Source: Sphaerodactylus townsendi (Eukaryota). From it: a DNA stretch of 64,000 bases. The position numbers and the translations under genes were made by a program. The stretch covers positions 54,560,001 through 54,624,000 of the forward strand of contig NC_059435.1 in NCBI RefSeq assembly GCF_021028975.2, given 5' to 3'. Below, piece by piece: positions 50,393 through 63,942 of this stretch (positions within the stretch are counted from its first letter, which is position 1; each line of letters opens with the position of its first letter). The notes beneath the pieces are model-generated. The model made no database searches and was not told the DNA's origin. It saw only the letters and a program-made list of their open reading frames with translations.

Positions 50393-50794
50393 ATACCAGT
50401 ACATTTTTAATATTTAATGAAGACCACAAGGTTTGTGTAAATGCACGCTCTGCCAACTTCGTCACTACCAGCTCCTGTGACCATACAAATGAGGCACAAA
50501 AATTCAGGTGGATTTCCAGTCATCAGTTGATGAGTGTCTCCCTGAAGTTATGTTTTGGAGTGTCTTCAAAGATAGACTGGACACCAATTACCCTGTATCC
50601 ATGTGATTCAAATAGTGAGTCCCAAAGATGGGAATGCCGAAACGACACACTTTTTGCAATCCAAGGAGCCGACCTGTTCTTCAACTATGGAAACAAAAAT
50701 GAAAAAAATATTATGTTGTACAAGGGATCAGGCGCCTGGAGTCGGTGGAAGGTCTATGGAACCACAGATGATTTGTGTTCTCAGGGCTATGAAG
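50393..50794 (+). CDS. MRC1: MRC1-like exon 2, cysteine-rich (ricin-B) domain
   Basis: [16 protein letters not shown]...[38 protein letters not shown]; 402 nt, AG/GT. Confidence 0.96.
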
Positions 50795-51971
50795 GTAAAT
50801 ACTTGTTTACTGATTTTATTAGTGCTATTAATATATGATACAGGAAAACAAAGCCCACTCCTGGTGCCTGCGTTGTGTAGATAGCAAGGGAGATTTTGCT
50901 ACACATCAAATACACGTGTGTGGGGAAATGATCATTCACATGAACATCTTTCTCAGAATCACTCACAAGTTCTTGGAACAGGGTACCAAGCCTTCTTGAG
51001 CAAACAGACCATTTAGTAATGTCAAGGAAGCGCAGTATGGTAGACAAAACCACAAAATACTTGACAGGGGTGGGCAAGTTACTAAATGGTTGCCATTTGG
51101 CGGTGGGAACACCTATTTGCTTTGAATAAGCTGTTCAGTTTCCCAAAGAAGGGACAGCTTTACTCTCTGCTTAGCTGCGAAGAGAGGATTCCAAGCGCAA
51201 AAGACACAAGTCATAAGAACATCTGTACCTGTGGCCAAGGTATGATTCCCAACATTGCCTCAGAAAATGCCAGCAGATACTGGGAACAGTGCCTGGGGGC
51301 AGTGTCATTTGGGGAGGAAGTGATGCCATTTCTAGGGGATAATCGAGGTTACCTCCCCTAGTCTCTGGTGTCCTTGCCAAATTCAGAAGCATCACTGTGC
51401 GGAGTCCTTTTTTCTCTTTTCAGTTCTCCTGGTGGTGGAAAATTTGGAGTGGTTGTTTGCCACCTTGGGTGGGTCAGTGGGGGGGCTTGAGTCAAGGTGA
51501 GGGTGCACAGCTGTTGTGCTAAGCTTGCCAGGATAGATTCCATCATTCCATTGATAAAGAGTAACTTGAAGCACCATCTTTGTTCTGTTTGATTCATGGT
51601 GCTTTGGATACCGCGCCACACACACACACACCCCTCAAGAACCAAGCAGGCACCATACTGACGGGAGCCATGGCTCTCACATGCTGCACATTAGGATTGC
51701 TGGGTTAGAGCATGACTTGGGTGCAACATCTGTTTGTACTAGTGATAGATCCCATAAATAGCACGCAATATAAACTGAGTGACGCATGCAAATGGAGAGT
51801 GATTGTGACTCAGTGACAGAGCACGTCTTGATTTTTTGAGGTTTGATTACTAGTACTTTAAGATCTTAACCCATTTTTTGATGAGGGAAGTCTTTCATAA
51901 TGATAATAAAGTAGAAGCTTCAGTGTTTAATTCAGCTTTGTACTATTTTAAACTGTTCCTTTTTTCTTCAG

Positions 51972-52145
51972 ATACATTTACCTTGAAAGGCAATGGCAAA
52001 GGAGCACCATGTGTATTCCCATTCCAATTTCTTGGCAAATGGTATGCTGAATGTACAAACGAGGGCAGGTCAGATGGCTTGCTCTGGTGTTCGACCACAA
52101 GAGACTTTAATGTAGACAAGCTTTATGGATTTTGTCCACAAAAAT
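51972..52145 (+). CDS. MRC1: MRC1-like exon 3, fibronectin type II domain
   Basis: TFTLKGNGKGAPCVFPFQFLGKWYAECTNEGRSDGLLWCSTTRDFNVDKLYGFCP. Confidence 0.96.
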
Positions 52146-53462
52146 GTAAGCTCAGCAAGATTAAAAATTTGTTTATGGAATGCACTGAATGTCATGCAAA
52201 ATTGTTATTCCATCTAGGACTAGATCCTATAGAAACCTATTCCCTTCCACTGCTATTGATTGATTAGTTTAGTTAGTACATTTGAGTTCATCTCACTAGA
52301 TATCTGCCTGATAGCTGGATAGTAGACAGCTTATAATATGGTAATTGCCAATTATTAATGATTTTTAGCAGTATGATAAACTTAAGGAAGCAGCTACAAT
52401 ACTTTTGTTAGGCTGTAAGATCCAACACAGGGATATATGGGATTGATTACTGACCTAGTGACACTTGTCTGAGGCACATTTTTTCTCCATCTTTTCATGT
52501 TACACACTAACATCATCCAAAGTACCTTAAGGGCAGTTAATCTTTACAAATTCAGTCAAGCATGTATGTCTAAATGTGTCAACAATTGCTATGGGCAGGT
52601 AATATATTCTTCTTGAATTCCCCTTCTTGAATTCCCCTTCTCAAAACCCATCAGCCCAAGGCTTATGTGTGTGCCTTGAGGGGGTTCTGTGCACTAGTGG
52701 AAACAAAATCTCCCCTCATAATTCTTACCTTTGTGTCCTGTTCAGTTGTGGACTTGAGTGGACTTAAACTGGAGTAATTCCGCACAGGACTGAAGTGATA
52801 CCGTGAAAACCTATTCAGCTATGCCCTTCCAAATCTATAGACATAGAAGAGTGGCTGTCAACTGATCAACAAATACTACAATTGTTTTGTTAAGGACCAC
52901 AACCTCATTTTTTCCTGACAGAATCTGGCAGAATTCAGGAGGGAAACTGTCACATGGTTTAAGTATTATTAATACAGCTCCTGTGTTGGGAGGCTTAATG
53001 AAGGCTTGCTTGATGCATTTCTTGGGTTTCAGCTGAGAAATAAACAAGTATTGTTGGCAGAATGATTGCACAATAAAAGCATACAAGTTGATTAAAGTCT
53101 AGGCAAAGCTTTATTCAGGAACTAACAGACTTAATAGTAACAAATATAGATAGATTCCTAGCTACATACCTAGCTGAGAAAGAGAGAAAGTTTTGTGATG
53201 TGGTGCTTCCAAGAAGAAAGAGGATATTGCCCTAAGACAGACAAAGCATGATACTTACCAAGAAAGAACTTGGTATCTTGCTGTGCTGTCCCCTGCAAGA
53301 TTCTTCTTTTCTCTCTTTCTGTACCCTTTAGTACATCATACACTACTTACTCCAACATGTATGTCATTTCTGCGTAGTAGTTTTAGTCTGCACTATTGCT
53401 CTTTCATTTTCTTTGGTCTTGTCATTATGAACAGTGGAAATATTTCTTGGTTCCCCCTACAG

Positions 53463-53627
53463 TTAGTGGCACCTACAGCTTGTGGGATACAGACCCTTTG
53501 ACTGAGGTGCAGTACCAGATAAATTCAGAATCTGCTCTCACATGGTACCAAGCAAGGAAAAGTTGTCAGCAACAAAGTGCAGACTTGCTATGCATCACAG
53601 AATTACATGAGCAAATGTATCTGGCAG
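53463..53627 (+). CDS. MRC1: MRC1-like exon 4, CTLD1 part 1
   Basis: SLWDTDPLTEVQYQINSESALTWYQARKSCQQQSADLLCITELHEQMYLA. Confidence 0.96.
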
Positions 53628-55080
53628 GTAAGTTGTTAATGTGTAAAGATTTTCCTGAATTTTACATAATGAAGTCTAAGACAAGTTTTCAGATATACTT
53701 GGGACAAGCCACAGTACCATCCTAAACAAATATTCAACTGATTTGAAATAATAATGTTTTGTTTGTTCCCAGTGATTATGAAATCTGAACTTAAGTTAGC
53801 AATGAAAAGTGACGGTAGACCTGAAGAAATGATTTCTGGTTTTGTCAGCAGTCTGCATATGCTTTGTGATTGCTTTCATTCATAGAAAATATGTCTTCAT
53901 ACCTATAATAAATATCTCTAGCACTGACATTTCAATGCTGGTATTGATCAAGATGGTTAATATGAATATTGAAGTTAATATTGATCATATTCATCAATAC
54001 TGCTCAAAGTAATCAAAGCAATATTGGTATTTTCAGTGCTTGATTTCTAAGATAAGAAATGCTAAAGCTGAAGCCTCCCTATGTGCTGCATTTTGCACTC
54101 TGGAAGTTCCTTTTCTTGAGGCAAATCAGTTTGAACCTACACCAGTTTCTTCATATCTGGAGGTATTTGGTGGTCCACTGTGAAACACAAGATACTGACT
54201 ATCTTTGATCTGATCCCATGAGATGACTCTCATCTGCATCATATTTCCTAGTAGGACAGGAAGCCATAAAACAGCTGCATTTATTAGAACACAACAATTC
54301 TGAACCAACTGAATAAGCCAAGGCCAAGTTCCAGATGCTTTTGTCCTGGTGGAAAGAGCTGGGGTAAAGGCTGTATAATTTCCACTCCTCTTTAGAAAAG
54401 TCTGCAAAAGCCGAGCTGTTAAGGATGGCTCCTTTTGCTGATCTCTCTGGTTTAATTTTGGCTCACTAAATCTGTGTTACAGTTACATTGATTTTCAGGT
54501 AGCTATTTCACATTGTGTTTATTGGAAACTGCTTTGAACTGATCAGAAAAGTGGTATAAAATAGAATTTCCCACATGCTAACCCCATTACCGAACAAATC
54601 TTACACATGTATATAACCTTTTTCTCTATTGCTGCTCTACCCTGATTTGGTTCCATTTCTCACCCTTGTTCCATTTTCAAGTGTTTCCCCATGCTGTATA
54701 TCAAAAACAGCCCCAAGAAAGTGCAAATGCAGAAATGACCAGGAAAAATATTCTTTCTGTATTTAGCAAGGAACTGTAGATTCCGGTCACTTTCATGCTA
54801 ATGAAAAATAGAACAGGCAGGTATGGAAGTTACTTTTACAGGTTACAATAGCAGCACAGACTTCCTGTGACATAAATGGATGCACAATAAGGATTTTCTT
54901 TTTGTCCCTATTGATTATCCCATCAAAGTGTTGTAGCAATGGGAGATAGTTCTAACAGTTGAATATTTTCTTTCACTTCTACATTTTTATTTACTTTGTC
55001 CTGTCTAGTATTCTGTAATTGTTGCAGCTCTCTGTGGAATCTGCTCCTCGGAATGACTACTTACTCTGCTTCTTACCTAG

Positions 55081-55194
55081 GATTGACATCAAAGTTAACT
55101 TCTGAACTCTGGTTTGGTCTTAACAGTTTGGACTTTGATAGTGGATGGCAATGGAGTGGTGGCCATCCTTTCAGATACTTAAATTGGGCCCCAG
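55081..55194 (+). CDS. MRC1: MRC1-like exon 5, CTLD1 part 2
   Basis: GLTSKLTSELWFGLNSLDFDSGWQWSGGHPFRYLNWAP. Confidence 0.96.
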
Positions 55195-55571
55195 GTAAGC
55201 ATGGATATTTTACTTGTAGTATATCTCTCTCACGCATTTGGATACATGATGTCTTTCTCTTATATCTGCAGTACAAAAAAGTATCTCAAGATACCTTTCT
55301 CTGCATATTCTTCTTGACATTCTAGTTTTGTGTTGATAGTCACAGCTCTCAAGCACACAAAATGATTTAGGCAGCATCAGACCCACTGAACCAAGCTCAC
55401 CCCAACTTGCAGCCGTGTACTTTGCATCCCCAGCTGCCCAAGGCAGATTGCTTAAATCCAAACCAGACAGGACATTAGAGTTCTGTAATTAACATTCAAG
55501 ACATGTAAAAAGTAGTGGCACCTGGAGGGACCCATATGGGTTGCTTCCCTTAGCATCAAGTTGCTTTAAGC

Positions 55572-55889
55572 CAGGGTGTCAAACACGCAGCCAGGGGCCA
55601 GATCTGCCCCCTTGATGGGGCTTATCAGGGCCACGAGCCAGTTAAGGCAACACCCTCCTCGCTCCCAATCTGGAGCCAGATTGGGAGGGGGGTGGTTGCC
55701 TCACCTGATGAGTGGGCCTGATAATCCCTGTCAATGCAGCCACCCACCCTGCTGCAGGCTTGTCAGTTTAAGTATCCCCAGTGCCATCTGGAGGTAGTGG
55801 AGAAAGCACCCCCCGCCCCCGGACTCAGCCCTACCAAGTCACATTTATGTAATATCCAGCCCTTATAGCAAATTAGTTTGACACCCCTT
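55572..55889. mobile_element. hAT-type non-autonomous element, same family as 12456-12713
   Basis: cagggtgtcaaac / gtttgacacccct; shared 3' motif aagtcacat..atgt..tatc. Confidence 0.7.
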
Positions 55890-56475
55890 CAGTTTTTCCT
55901 ACATGGGCTGGAATGGGAAGTTCCATTTCTGGCAGTACGAGAGGGAACATTAACCATTCATATTTCACTACTCTCCCTGGTGGCTTTTAAGGACCAAAAA
56001 CTTCAGAATTCTAGCACCATTTATAGTTTGACTCATGATAAATTACCAGAAAGCTACTGTGTGTAGCTGGTGAGTTGTTTTTGATTTAGTGGATTTCAAG
56101 TTGTGCAGCCTGGTTTGGATAACCTAAATATTTTATTCTTTCACCATCCTTTGTGAAAATGCCACAAGGTTACAGTTGTTTCTACACACCAGGCATCACA
56201 TATAAATCAAGCAAGACATAGTGCTTCTTTGCTTGCAATGACCCACCTGTTCATGTCTTCATCACAGGATCAAAGACCTGATGTCTCCTAGTCATTGAAC
56301 GTAGGTGATGTGTTTAGCTGATGATTTCACCTTAAATAAAATGGCAGTTTAAGTCATTGTGCTGGTGTGATATATGGAATTATACAATGAATGCCCTGAA
56401 TGTGGCTATAAAATAATTCTCCAACGAAGGCTGTTGTTTTATGACATTCTTCTTATTTGTACGCATTCCTTAAAG

Positions 56476-56622
56476 GTAGCCCTTCCCCAGAGCCTGGAAA
56501 AACCTGTGGAACATTTAATCCTTCAAAAGGTGCAAAATGGGAAAGCCTAGAATGTAACAAGAAACTTGGTTACATTTGTAAAAGAGGGAATGCCACTCTG
56601 AATTCATTTACTATTCCTTCAG
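56476..56622 (+). CDS. MRC1: MRC1-like exon 6, CTLD1 part 3 and linker
   Basis: GSPSPEPGKTCGTFNPSKGAKWESLECNKKLGYICKRGNATLNSFTIPS. Confidence 0.95.
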
Positions 56623-57159
56623 GTGAGTGAGTGCATACAATTTTAAAACCTGGCAGTGGGACAATAGAAAAAGGGTACTTTTTTGTAAGCTTAGGTGTGT
56701 ATCTGAGGCCTTTCGAAAAGCTTGGCACATATTAATATTCAAAATATGTATTTCTGGGAAAGAAGGGATAGAAAATCTAGCTGGGAGTGATTGTGCGTTG
56801 AGAGTGCATTATTCAGTGCGTGTGAAAGGGAAAATGCAATTTTGGTATTTTTGCTGAGGCACCATTCCAGATGCTAAACAGCACAATAAAAACTTCACGT
56901 CTCTGGTATTTTCTGCATGAACTTTTTTCGTGAGCTGATGATGTCTCTTGTGGAAGTATGTGCCATTTTGGATTTTTTTTAAAGTTTGTGACACTATTGA
57001 TATCTCACTGTATCAGAGGATCACAAAATTAGGGGTTGGTGTGTGTGTGTGTGTATGTCTTGCCTTACAGTAGAACGACATGCTATTAAAATTCATTTTG
57101 TTTCCTCTTAATTGTGCTGACTGCTAACAGACAGCTCCCAGCTGATCAGATGAAGGGAG

Positions 57160-58196
57160 TAGGGTTTTGCATACAGATAATATAATGTGAGCTGCGAATA
57201 TACCTTGAAAAATGCCTTATCAGTATTTTTCAGGCATATTCAGGTCTTCCAAATATTTCCAGGCTTTTTCAGGGAATCCCAAAAGTGCTTCAGAAAACTC
57301 CTGGAAATATCTGGGATCTACTGGTAAGATTAGGAGCTAGTGTTTGCAGGCTCCCAGGGACTGCTTTCTCTCCTCCACTACTCTTTTCTTCACTTTGTTT
57401 TTGGAGGGGGGTTCTATATGCTTGCCACAATGCTTCTGTCAGTTTCTTCAATTCAAGAAGGGTTTTTGGTTTCTTTGCAAGAGTTGCTTTGCCTTCCCTT
57501 CACAGTGTTTACAGTGCTTCCAGCTCAATGCTGGGATTTTTTCTTCTCTGGTTTGACATTAGTTCTGTTGAGCTTGGACTGTCACAGTGGCACTGGGTTC
57601 TGCTGAGTGTCAGTAAGTTGTACTTGGTTCTGCTGGGTTTGCAAAAGTGTCCCCCAACCTGAAGTTTCTACTGCCGAAGTTCTCTGGTTTGATTTTGGTT
57701 TTGTTTGGCTTGGCACATTAGCTTGTTGTTCTGCTGGAATTATTGGGTTCTGCAAGGGTGGGGTTGGACTTGGGATCTTCCATGGGAGGCATGATTTAAT
57801 GAGTAATGGCTGCATGCAGGCATGGCTTTTGCCTGAGAGCAGCTTGGATGTTTTACTTTCTCCACAGTAAATAATGGAGAATTTCTGGGGGCACCCTATT
57901 CAGGGGCCCATAGAACTGAACTCCTTGGTCCAATTTAGTTGTAATTTTGGGGTTATACAAAAGACAGCTACCAGCAACTGCAGTTTTGGCTATTGTACCC
58001 TCAAGAGCAACTTGCTCTGGCACCCAGAATTCCCCTGGATATGGGATAGTGGACCCAAATAAAGTGGATTCCTGAAAAATTCCAAAACCCAAATATCAAA
58101 TCAGTATTTGAATTTGGTATATTTGGTACACCTATATTTTTGAGGTTGTATATATCTGAATGTATTTTTTTATAAAATTCTTTTGTGCAACCCTTA
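57160..58196. mobile_element. Probable non-autonomous DNA element of about 1 kb
   Basis: tagggttttgca / tgtgcaaccctta ends with subterminal gaatatacc-like motifs. Confidence 0.4.
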
Positions 58197-58573
58197 GAAT
58201 GGGGAAGGACGTGGCCCCGTTGTCTCTTTCATTCTCTCACACACAGAGTTTCCTGTTCTCTGGGGCATCAGGGCCCACCAGAGTGGCTGGAAATCTTGGG
58301 GGGGGGGGGATAATGCAGGTTCCCATCTACTGAAACATAGAATTTCAACCCAAGGAGCTGGGGTAGGAGGCACTTTCCCATAGCCAGGAATTAAAAGCTT
58401 GGAAGCCAGAGATACAAAGGAAGGTGCTGACTTTTATCTGGGTGATTCCTTCTTCTGATTGCACACCATTTTGCCAGTCCCCCCCCCCCCCAGCTTTCCT
58501 TTCCAGAATGGTTTCTCAAATGCTCAAATTCATTTCAACCTAAAGGGAACCCAGAGCACCTTGTCAGTTGTAA

Positions 58574-58880
58574 CCAGTGTGATGTTGTGGTTAAGAGTTT
58601 CTTACTAGTCCGTAATTGGGCCAGGGCTGTGGAGAACATAATTGGTGTAAACCCTAAACACATCAGTGACAGAGTTTAATCTGGAGAGCCAGGTTTGATT
58701 CCCTACACCCCCACATGAAACTGGCAGGATGACCTTAGGCTAGTCACAGGCTCTCTCAGAATTCTCTCAGCCCCACCTACCTCACAAAGTGCCTGTTGTG
58801 GGAGGAGGAAGGGAAGATGATTGTAAGCCACTTTGAGACACCTTAAGGTAGAGAAAAGAGGGGTATAAAAACCAACTCAT
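58574..58880 (+). mobile_element. tRNA-derived squamate SINE; older copies at about 9705-9890, 14810-14970, 22930-23060 (-), 27635-27830 and 59740-59900
   Basis: Shared gaccttgggc-agtcac-ctctctcagcc-acctacctcaca core. Confidence 0.75.
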
Positions 58881-59517
58881 CTTCCTCTCCATTTTATGTT
58901 GCCAGCTACCCTGAACCTGATCCTGGTTGGGAAAGGGCAAGACATAAATCTAACAAAATAAATAAAATAGTGACAGCAACATGACTCTGCCCTTGTGTTG
59001 GTCTTCATTTCAGCTTGAGAAAGAAAAGCCTGTATGACAGAGAAATATGGCAGCAAATTTTGCATTAGTTGCACAGGAAAATCCTCTTTGCTTTATAAGT
59101 AAATTATTGTAAATATCCTTCTCTGGCATGCTTTGTCAGTTTCCTGCCCTGCTTTCCAACATGTGCAGGTGTTTCCTAAACCCATTTACAGATTGCTTTT
59201 ATGCCTTTTCTGTAGTGATATGCCCAACATATTTGTAGTTTACCATGAGCAGTCTGTGCGGCAGTTTCATCCTGATGCGCCAAATTTCTGATCATTGCAT
59301 TCAGTGCAACCACACCATGCTATGGGTGCAATCCTGCACACAGTAAAATTGGCTCACCAGCATCCCACTGAAGAATCATATGAATTTATACTTAATGGGT
59401 TTTCAGCAGATGGTCCAAAACATTCACCTTGATTGACACAGTCAAACCCAAAGCTGGGTCTGAGCTATTTTTAAACACTTGTTCTTTTGAAAGGCCTAAA
59501 TAATTTGCAACACAATG

Positions 59518-59656
59518 GCCCCTTCCGCACACGCAGCATGATGCACTTTCAATCCACTTTGCAGCTGGATTTTACTGTGCGGAATAGCAAAAACCACTTG
59601 CAAACAGTTGTGAAAGTGAATTGAAAGTGCATTATTCTGTATGCGTGGAAGGGGCC
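59518..59656. mobile_element. Palindromic MITE (possibly Harbinger-like); partial relative at 3066-3160
   Basis: TIR ggccccttcc / ggaaggggcc; internal gcactttcaat / attgaaagtgc. Confidence 0.7.
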
Positions 59657-60819
59657 AACGTTAAAATTGTTCCCTTTTGACCTGTATCCTGTGTTCCTAT
59701 TTTTGCACAGGAAAGCAATCAGTTTTTATACCAATTTGGTGCAGTGGGCAGAGCGTAAAATAGGATCTAGGAGACTTTGGTTGAGATTCCTACTCTACCA
59801 CAGAAACCTATCAGGTGACCTGGGCCAGTCACTGTTTTTAAACCTAACCTAGTTCAAAAGGTTGTTGTGTTGATACATGAAGAAAGGAGGGCTATGGTGC
59901 ATCTCTTTGAAGAAAAGGGAAGAGAGACATTGTACTAGATACATAAGGTACTAGCTCTCTGGTTGTGTGTGGAGTGTTATTGGTGGCAATAAAGCTAAAT
60001 TCTCTTGCCTTGGCCCTAATTTTGCTCAGCATAGTTTCCATGCATGTGTATGTATTAAGTACTATCAAGTCACTACTGACTTATGGCAATCCTATACATT
60101 CATGACCTCCAAAACATCTTCTTACATTGAACTCTTCTCCAACTCTGCCAGAAATGTTTGCTCTGGGCTCCTCTTCTAGATCTTTTGAGTCCCATCAGAG
60201 CCATTTTTACAACAGCTATAGTTACATGGCTAGTGTAGCATTTAAGTGCTGAAACTATATAGGCACATAATTATCATCAACCTTCATCTCCTGTCAAGGA
60301 ACCAGTTGGAGCAGGAGAAGCCCTGTGTCATTGCCCCCTCCCCCACAACACACACACAACTTAGGCTATTTTAATGTTATGAGTGGCACAGTAGTGTTAA
60401 CAGCTATCGTGACAGAATGCTCCAAAAGAACATTGTTCTGCTTCCGAGAAGAACATGGGTTGGCCTGGGTGGTCATCTGGGGAAAATACTGAGATCTGTG
60501 GACAAAGAGTTGCATGTAGGCTTCACAACAAGCTGCAATTAAACTTCATTTGAGCGCAACCACCATTTCGGGCTATGTTTATGAGTGCCCCTTGCAGTTT
60601 GTGGTGGGAAACGCAATTTGCTGAATTGTTCTATTTGAATGTCAGGATAAACTGGCGCCTGATCAGACTTTGTATTCAGTCATGTTCTGTAAGGAATAGG
60701 AAGGCAGAATGAGGAGGCTCATTTGACCACAGGAACTATCTATTTATGCCCAAATGAAATTTAATTGTGGCTTGTTATGACATTTTAATATAATGATAGT
60801 GTGATAAGTTCCACTGCCA

Positions 60820-60868
60820 GGAATGAATGAATGAATGAATGAATGAATGAATGAATGAATGAATGTAT

Positions 60869-60903
<35 letters not shown>

Positions 60904-60905
60904 TT
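60820..60905. repeat. (GAAT)n(TATT)n compound microsatellite
   Basis: Direct reading. Confidence 0.95.
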
Positions 60906-61600
60906 AAACCGCCCACCCCCGAAGGGCTCTGGGTGGTGTACACCAGGCCAAACAATATTACACACAGTGGCCGAAAACAACATTACACATCATAAAATAA
61001 CTTAAATTAAGCTAAAAACAGTTTACAAACTTCATAAAACCTAGCAGCATCCGAACAGTAAAACAGTACAACAAAATTATAAGAGTATGGCGTCCGGTCC
61101 CAAGGCCAAGCGGGGGCAGCAGTGTAGCTTAGGTGTTATATTGGGCATGTCAATGATGGAGTGGCACGCAACACAGGGGCATCCCAGAGGGGGAGTCCGC
61201 TGCTGGCCTCACCAAAAGCCCAGTGGAACAAAACCGTTTTACTGGCCCTACGGAATTTGCTAAGATCCCACAGGGCCCGCACATCTGATGGAAGGGTGTT
61301 CCACCAGGCAGGGGCCAGGGCCATAAAAGCCCTGTCACGGGTAGAGGCCAGCCGCATCATGGAGGGACCAGGGACCACCAGTAAATTGGCTCTGCCAACC
61401 GCAGAGCCCTACCTGGGACATATTGGGAGAGACGTTCACGAAGGTATGAGGGTCCCAAGCTGTGAAGGGCCTTAAAGGTTAACACCAACACCTTGAAGGT
61501 GACCCAGAATTCCACTGGGAGCCTGCAAACGCAATATGGGGGTGATATGCTCTCGAAAAGAACCACCCACCAAAAGCCGTGCTGCCGCATTCTGGACCAG
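60866..61600 (-). mobile_element. L2-clade LINE 3' fragment with (AAAT)n tail
   Basis: FKVLVLTFKALHSLGPSYLRERL and RAFMALAPAWWNTLPSDVRAL on the minus strand; short tails of this family at about 13470, 15280, 29390 and 32830. Confidence 0.85.
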
Positions 61601-61686
61601 TTTCAATTGCATCTATGTACAGGTGTTGCAGTATGGCATTTTGTGTACTCACAATTGTTTTATAATTGTTGTTGCCTTCCCCTCAG

Positions 61687-61869
61687 AATCAAATGTGCCA
61701 ATTAAGTGTCCCAATGAATGGGTATCATATGCAGGCTTCTGTTATAAGATTTACAGAGAAGTCAACTTTTGGAATGATGCTGTATCACTCTGTAGAAAGG
61801 AAGGTGGAGATCTGGCAAGTGTCCACAATGTAGAAGAATACAGCTTTATCATTTCTCAGCTTGGTTATC
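61687..61869 (+). CDS. MRC1: MRC1-like exon 7, CTLD2 part 1; gene continues beyond the window
   Basis: ESNVPIKCPNEWVSYAGFCYKIYREVNFWNDAVSLCRKEGGDLASVHNVEEYSFIISQLGY. Confidence 0.95.
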
Positions 61870-63709
61870 GTGAGTATTTGTACAGGTTTTTATTAATATG
61901 CAGTTCTAACAATGAGCATATTTTTTATTCACAACAGTATATTTTATAAATACACTGAAGATGATAAATCTACTGTCTAAAGAATTAAGATTCTATGATG
62001 GTGTCAAAATTTTGAAGTGAACTTCAGCATTTTTATTTTATATTTTAATGTCCTTTAAGACCAGCATATCAATATTTCTTTAAGACCACCATATCAATAT
62101 ATCTAATTCTCAGCATGGCTTTATCTGCGGATAGTTAAATCCAGAAATTGGAGTCATAAACAGACAGGGAAGATCTTTCTACAACCTGAAAAATAGCCCC
62201 AGGTTTGCAGAAAAATCTGAAATTGAAATAAAAATACATTGGGGAATTTAGCCCCTTCCCCCCAAAAAAGAATAGAAGTGATGCCTGTACCTTGACGAAA
62301 TGAATGCACACTCAGCAGCTATTGTGAAGGTTGGTAACCTTCAAACCTTGGTTTTTGCTGATAAAAGCTAGGGTCCTCTTTCCAAGCCTGTTTTAGGAGG
62401 GATGGTGGGGAAGCTGAACACAGAAAGGCAGATAAAGATAGATTGGCTGGTGGGTAGAAAGGAGAGAGAAAAGGAGGAAAAGGCTTTTCAAGGGAAAGGA
62501 AAGAAGAAATAGTGGAAGAGAGGAAATGTGCTCTCTGCACAAGCTTGTGGGTCCCCTGCTTGTGGTGTTCTATTTGTTATGAGCATGGGAATTACGTTGT
62601 AGACTGAGAAAGAGGAAGTTATGCATGGGAGAAAGATATTCATAACTCAAGAACTGAAGGAAATTTGATAGTTGGACTAATTGAGACATAGTGAGGCAGA
62701 ATCTCAAAGTCTGAATGTGATCTGAAGACTCAAAAAGATTTAGCAAAGTCATGCATGCAGTGAAATTCTATGCAAGTATAGAAAAGGCACAAAATGTAGT
62801 CATACAGAAATAGCTTACTCAGAATCTCCATTTCATTAAAATCAAGTTTTTTGTCTCTTCTCATGGCAAATATGTGTTGCCAAAGAGTATGAGCAATGCA
62901 GAATTGTATATTAATGCAGATTTGTCTTGAAGGCACATCTCCTTAGAACTTACAAGATATGGCACATGTTTCTTCATAACCATGAGGTCCAAACACTTTT
63001 TTTCAATGCAATTTGAGAATTTTGCACAGACTATAACTTTCTGTCCTAATTGGCTGGATTCTGTTCTTTGGTGCATATCTACTTCTGTGAATATTTATAA
63101 TGCTACAAAAAGGGACAGTACAAAACATTCCCGTGAGAACAAACAGGAAAGCACTGTGTAAGCTCCAGGAATACAAGAGCGATGGAAAAAAACAATTTAA
63201 AAAGCAATATCTGTGTCATGAGGTGAATAATATAATGACAAATAGGAGCCTGATGCCAAATGGTGAATGTCCTGTTTGAAATGTGAATTAATCAGAGGAA
63301 GTACCAAGTATGTCTCTTAGCAGTAGCCTCTTGTCTTAGAAACCCAAATTACTGGAAACATTTGCTAGGTTTTGGTGCATGTTTAGTAGCTAGGGTTGCC
63401 ACACAGAGGATTTTCATGACCTCAGTGTAACCTGCCTGTTCTTCTGTACAGGTAAGATATTTGCTGTTAATCATGTAACATGCTCAGTAAAACGTACACA
63501 ATGCTAGGTTCCTGAGAAGCATATTCTATTCATAAACAGATACAGTTAAGTGAAGCTAGTAGATAAAACAGAACTGCAGATTGAACCAATTCCATTTAAC
63601 TAGATACTAAATGAAATGTAACTGCAGTCAGTTATAGTTCTTATAGAGAACAAATGTAGGAAAATGAAGACTTGGGGCTTAAAACTAGTATTGCTTTAGG
63701 GACAAGATG

Positions 63710-63942
63710 TTGCTTCCCTGGAGCTATTTGTGTTGCCAGCTCCAAGTTGGGAAGCTCTGTAGATTTGGGGATAGGGGTTGGGGAAAGCTGGGTTTAGGGA
63801 AGGAGGAACCTTTGTAGGATATAATGCCATAGATTCTACCCTTCAAAGCAGCCATTTTCTTCAAGGAATTGATCTCTGTATTCTGAAGACCAGATTTAAT
63901 TGTGTGAGGTCTCTAGGCTCCACCTACAGGTTGGCAACCCAG
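63710..63942. mobile_element. Non-autonomous DNA element of the ttgcca / tggcaaccc family
   Basis: gttgccagctcc start and ggttggcaaccc end. Confidence 0.5.
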
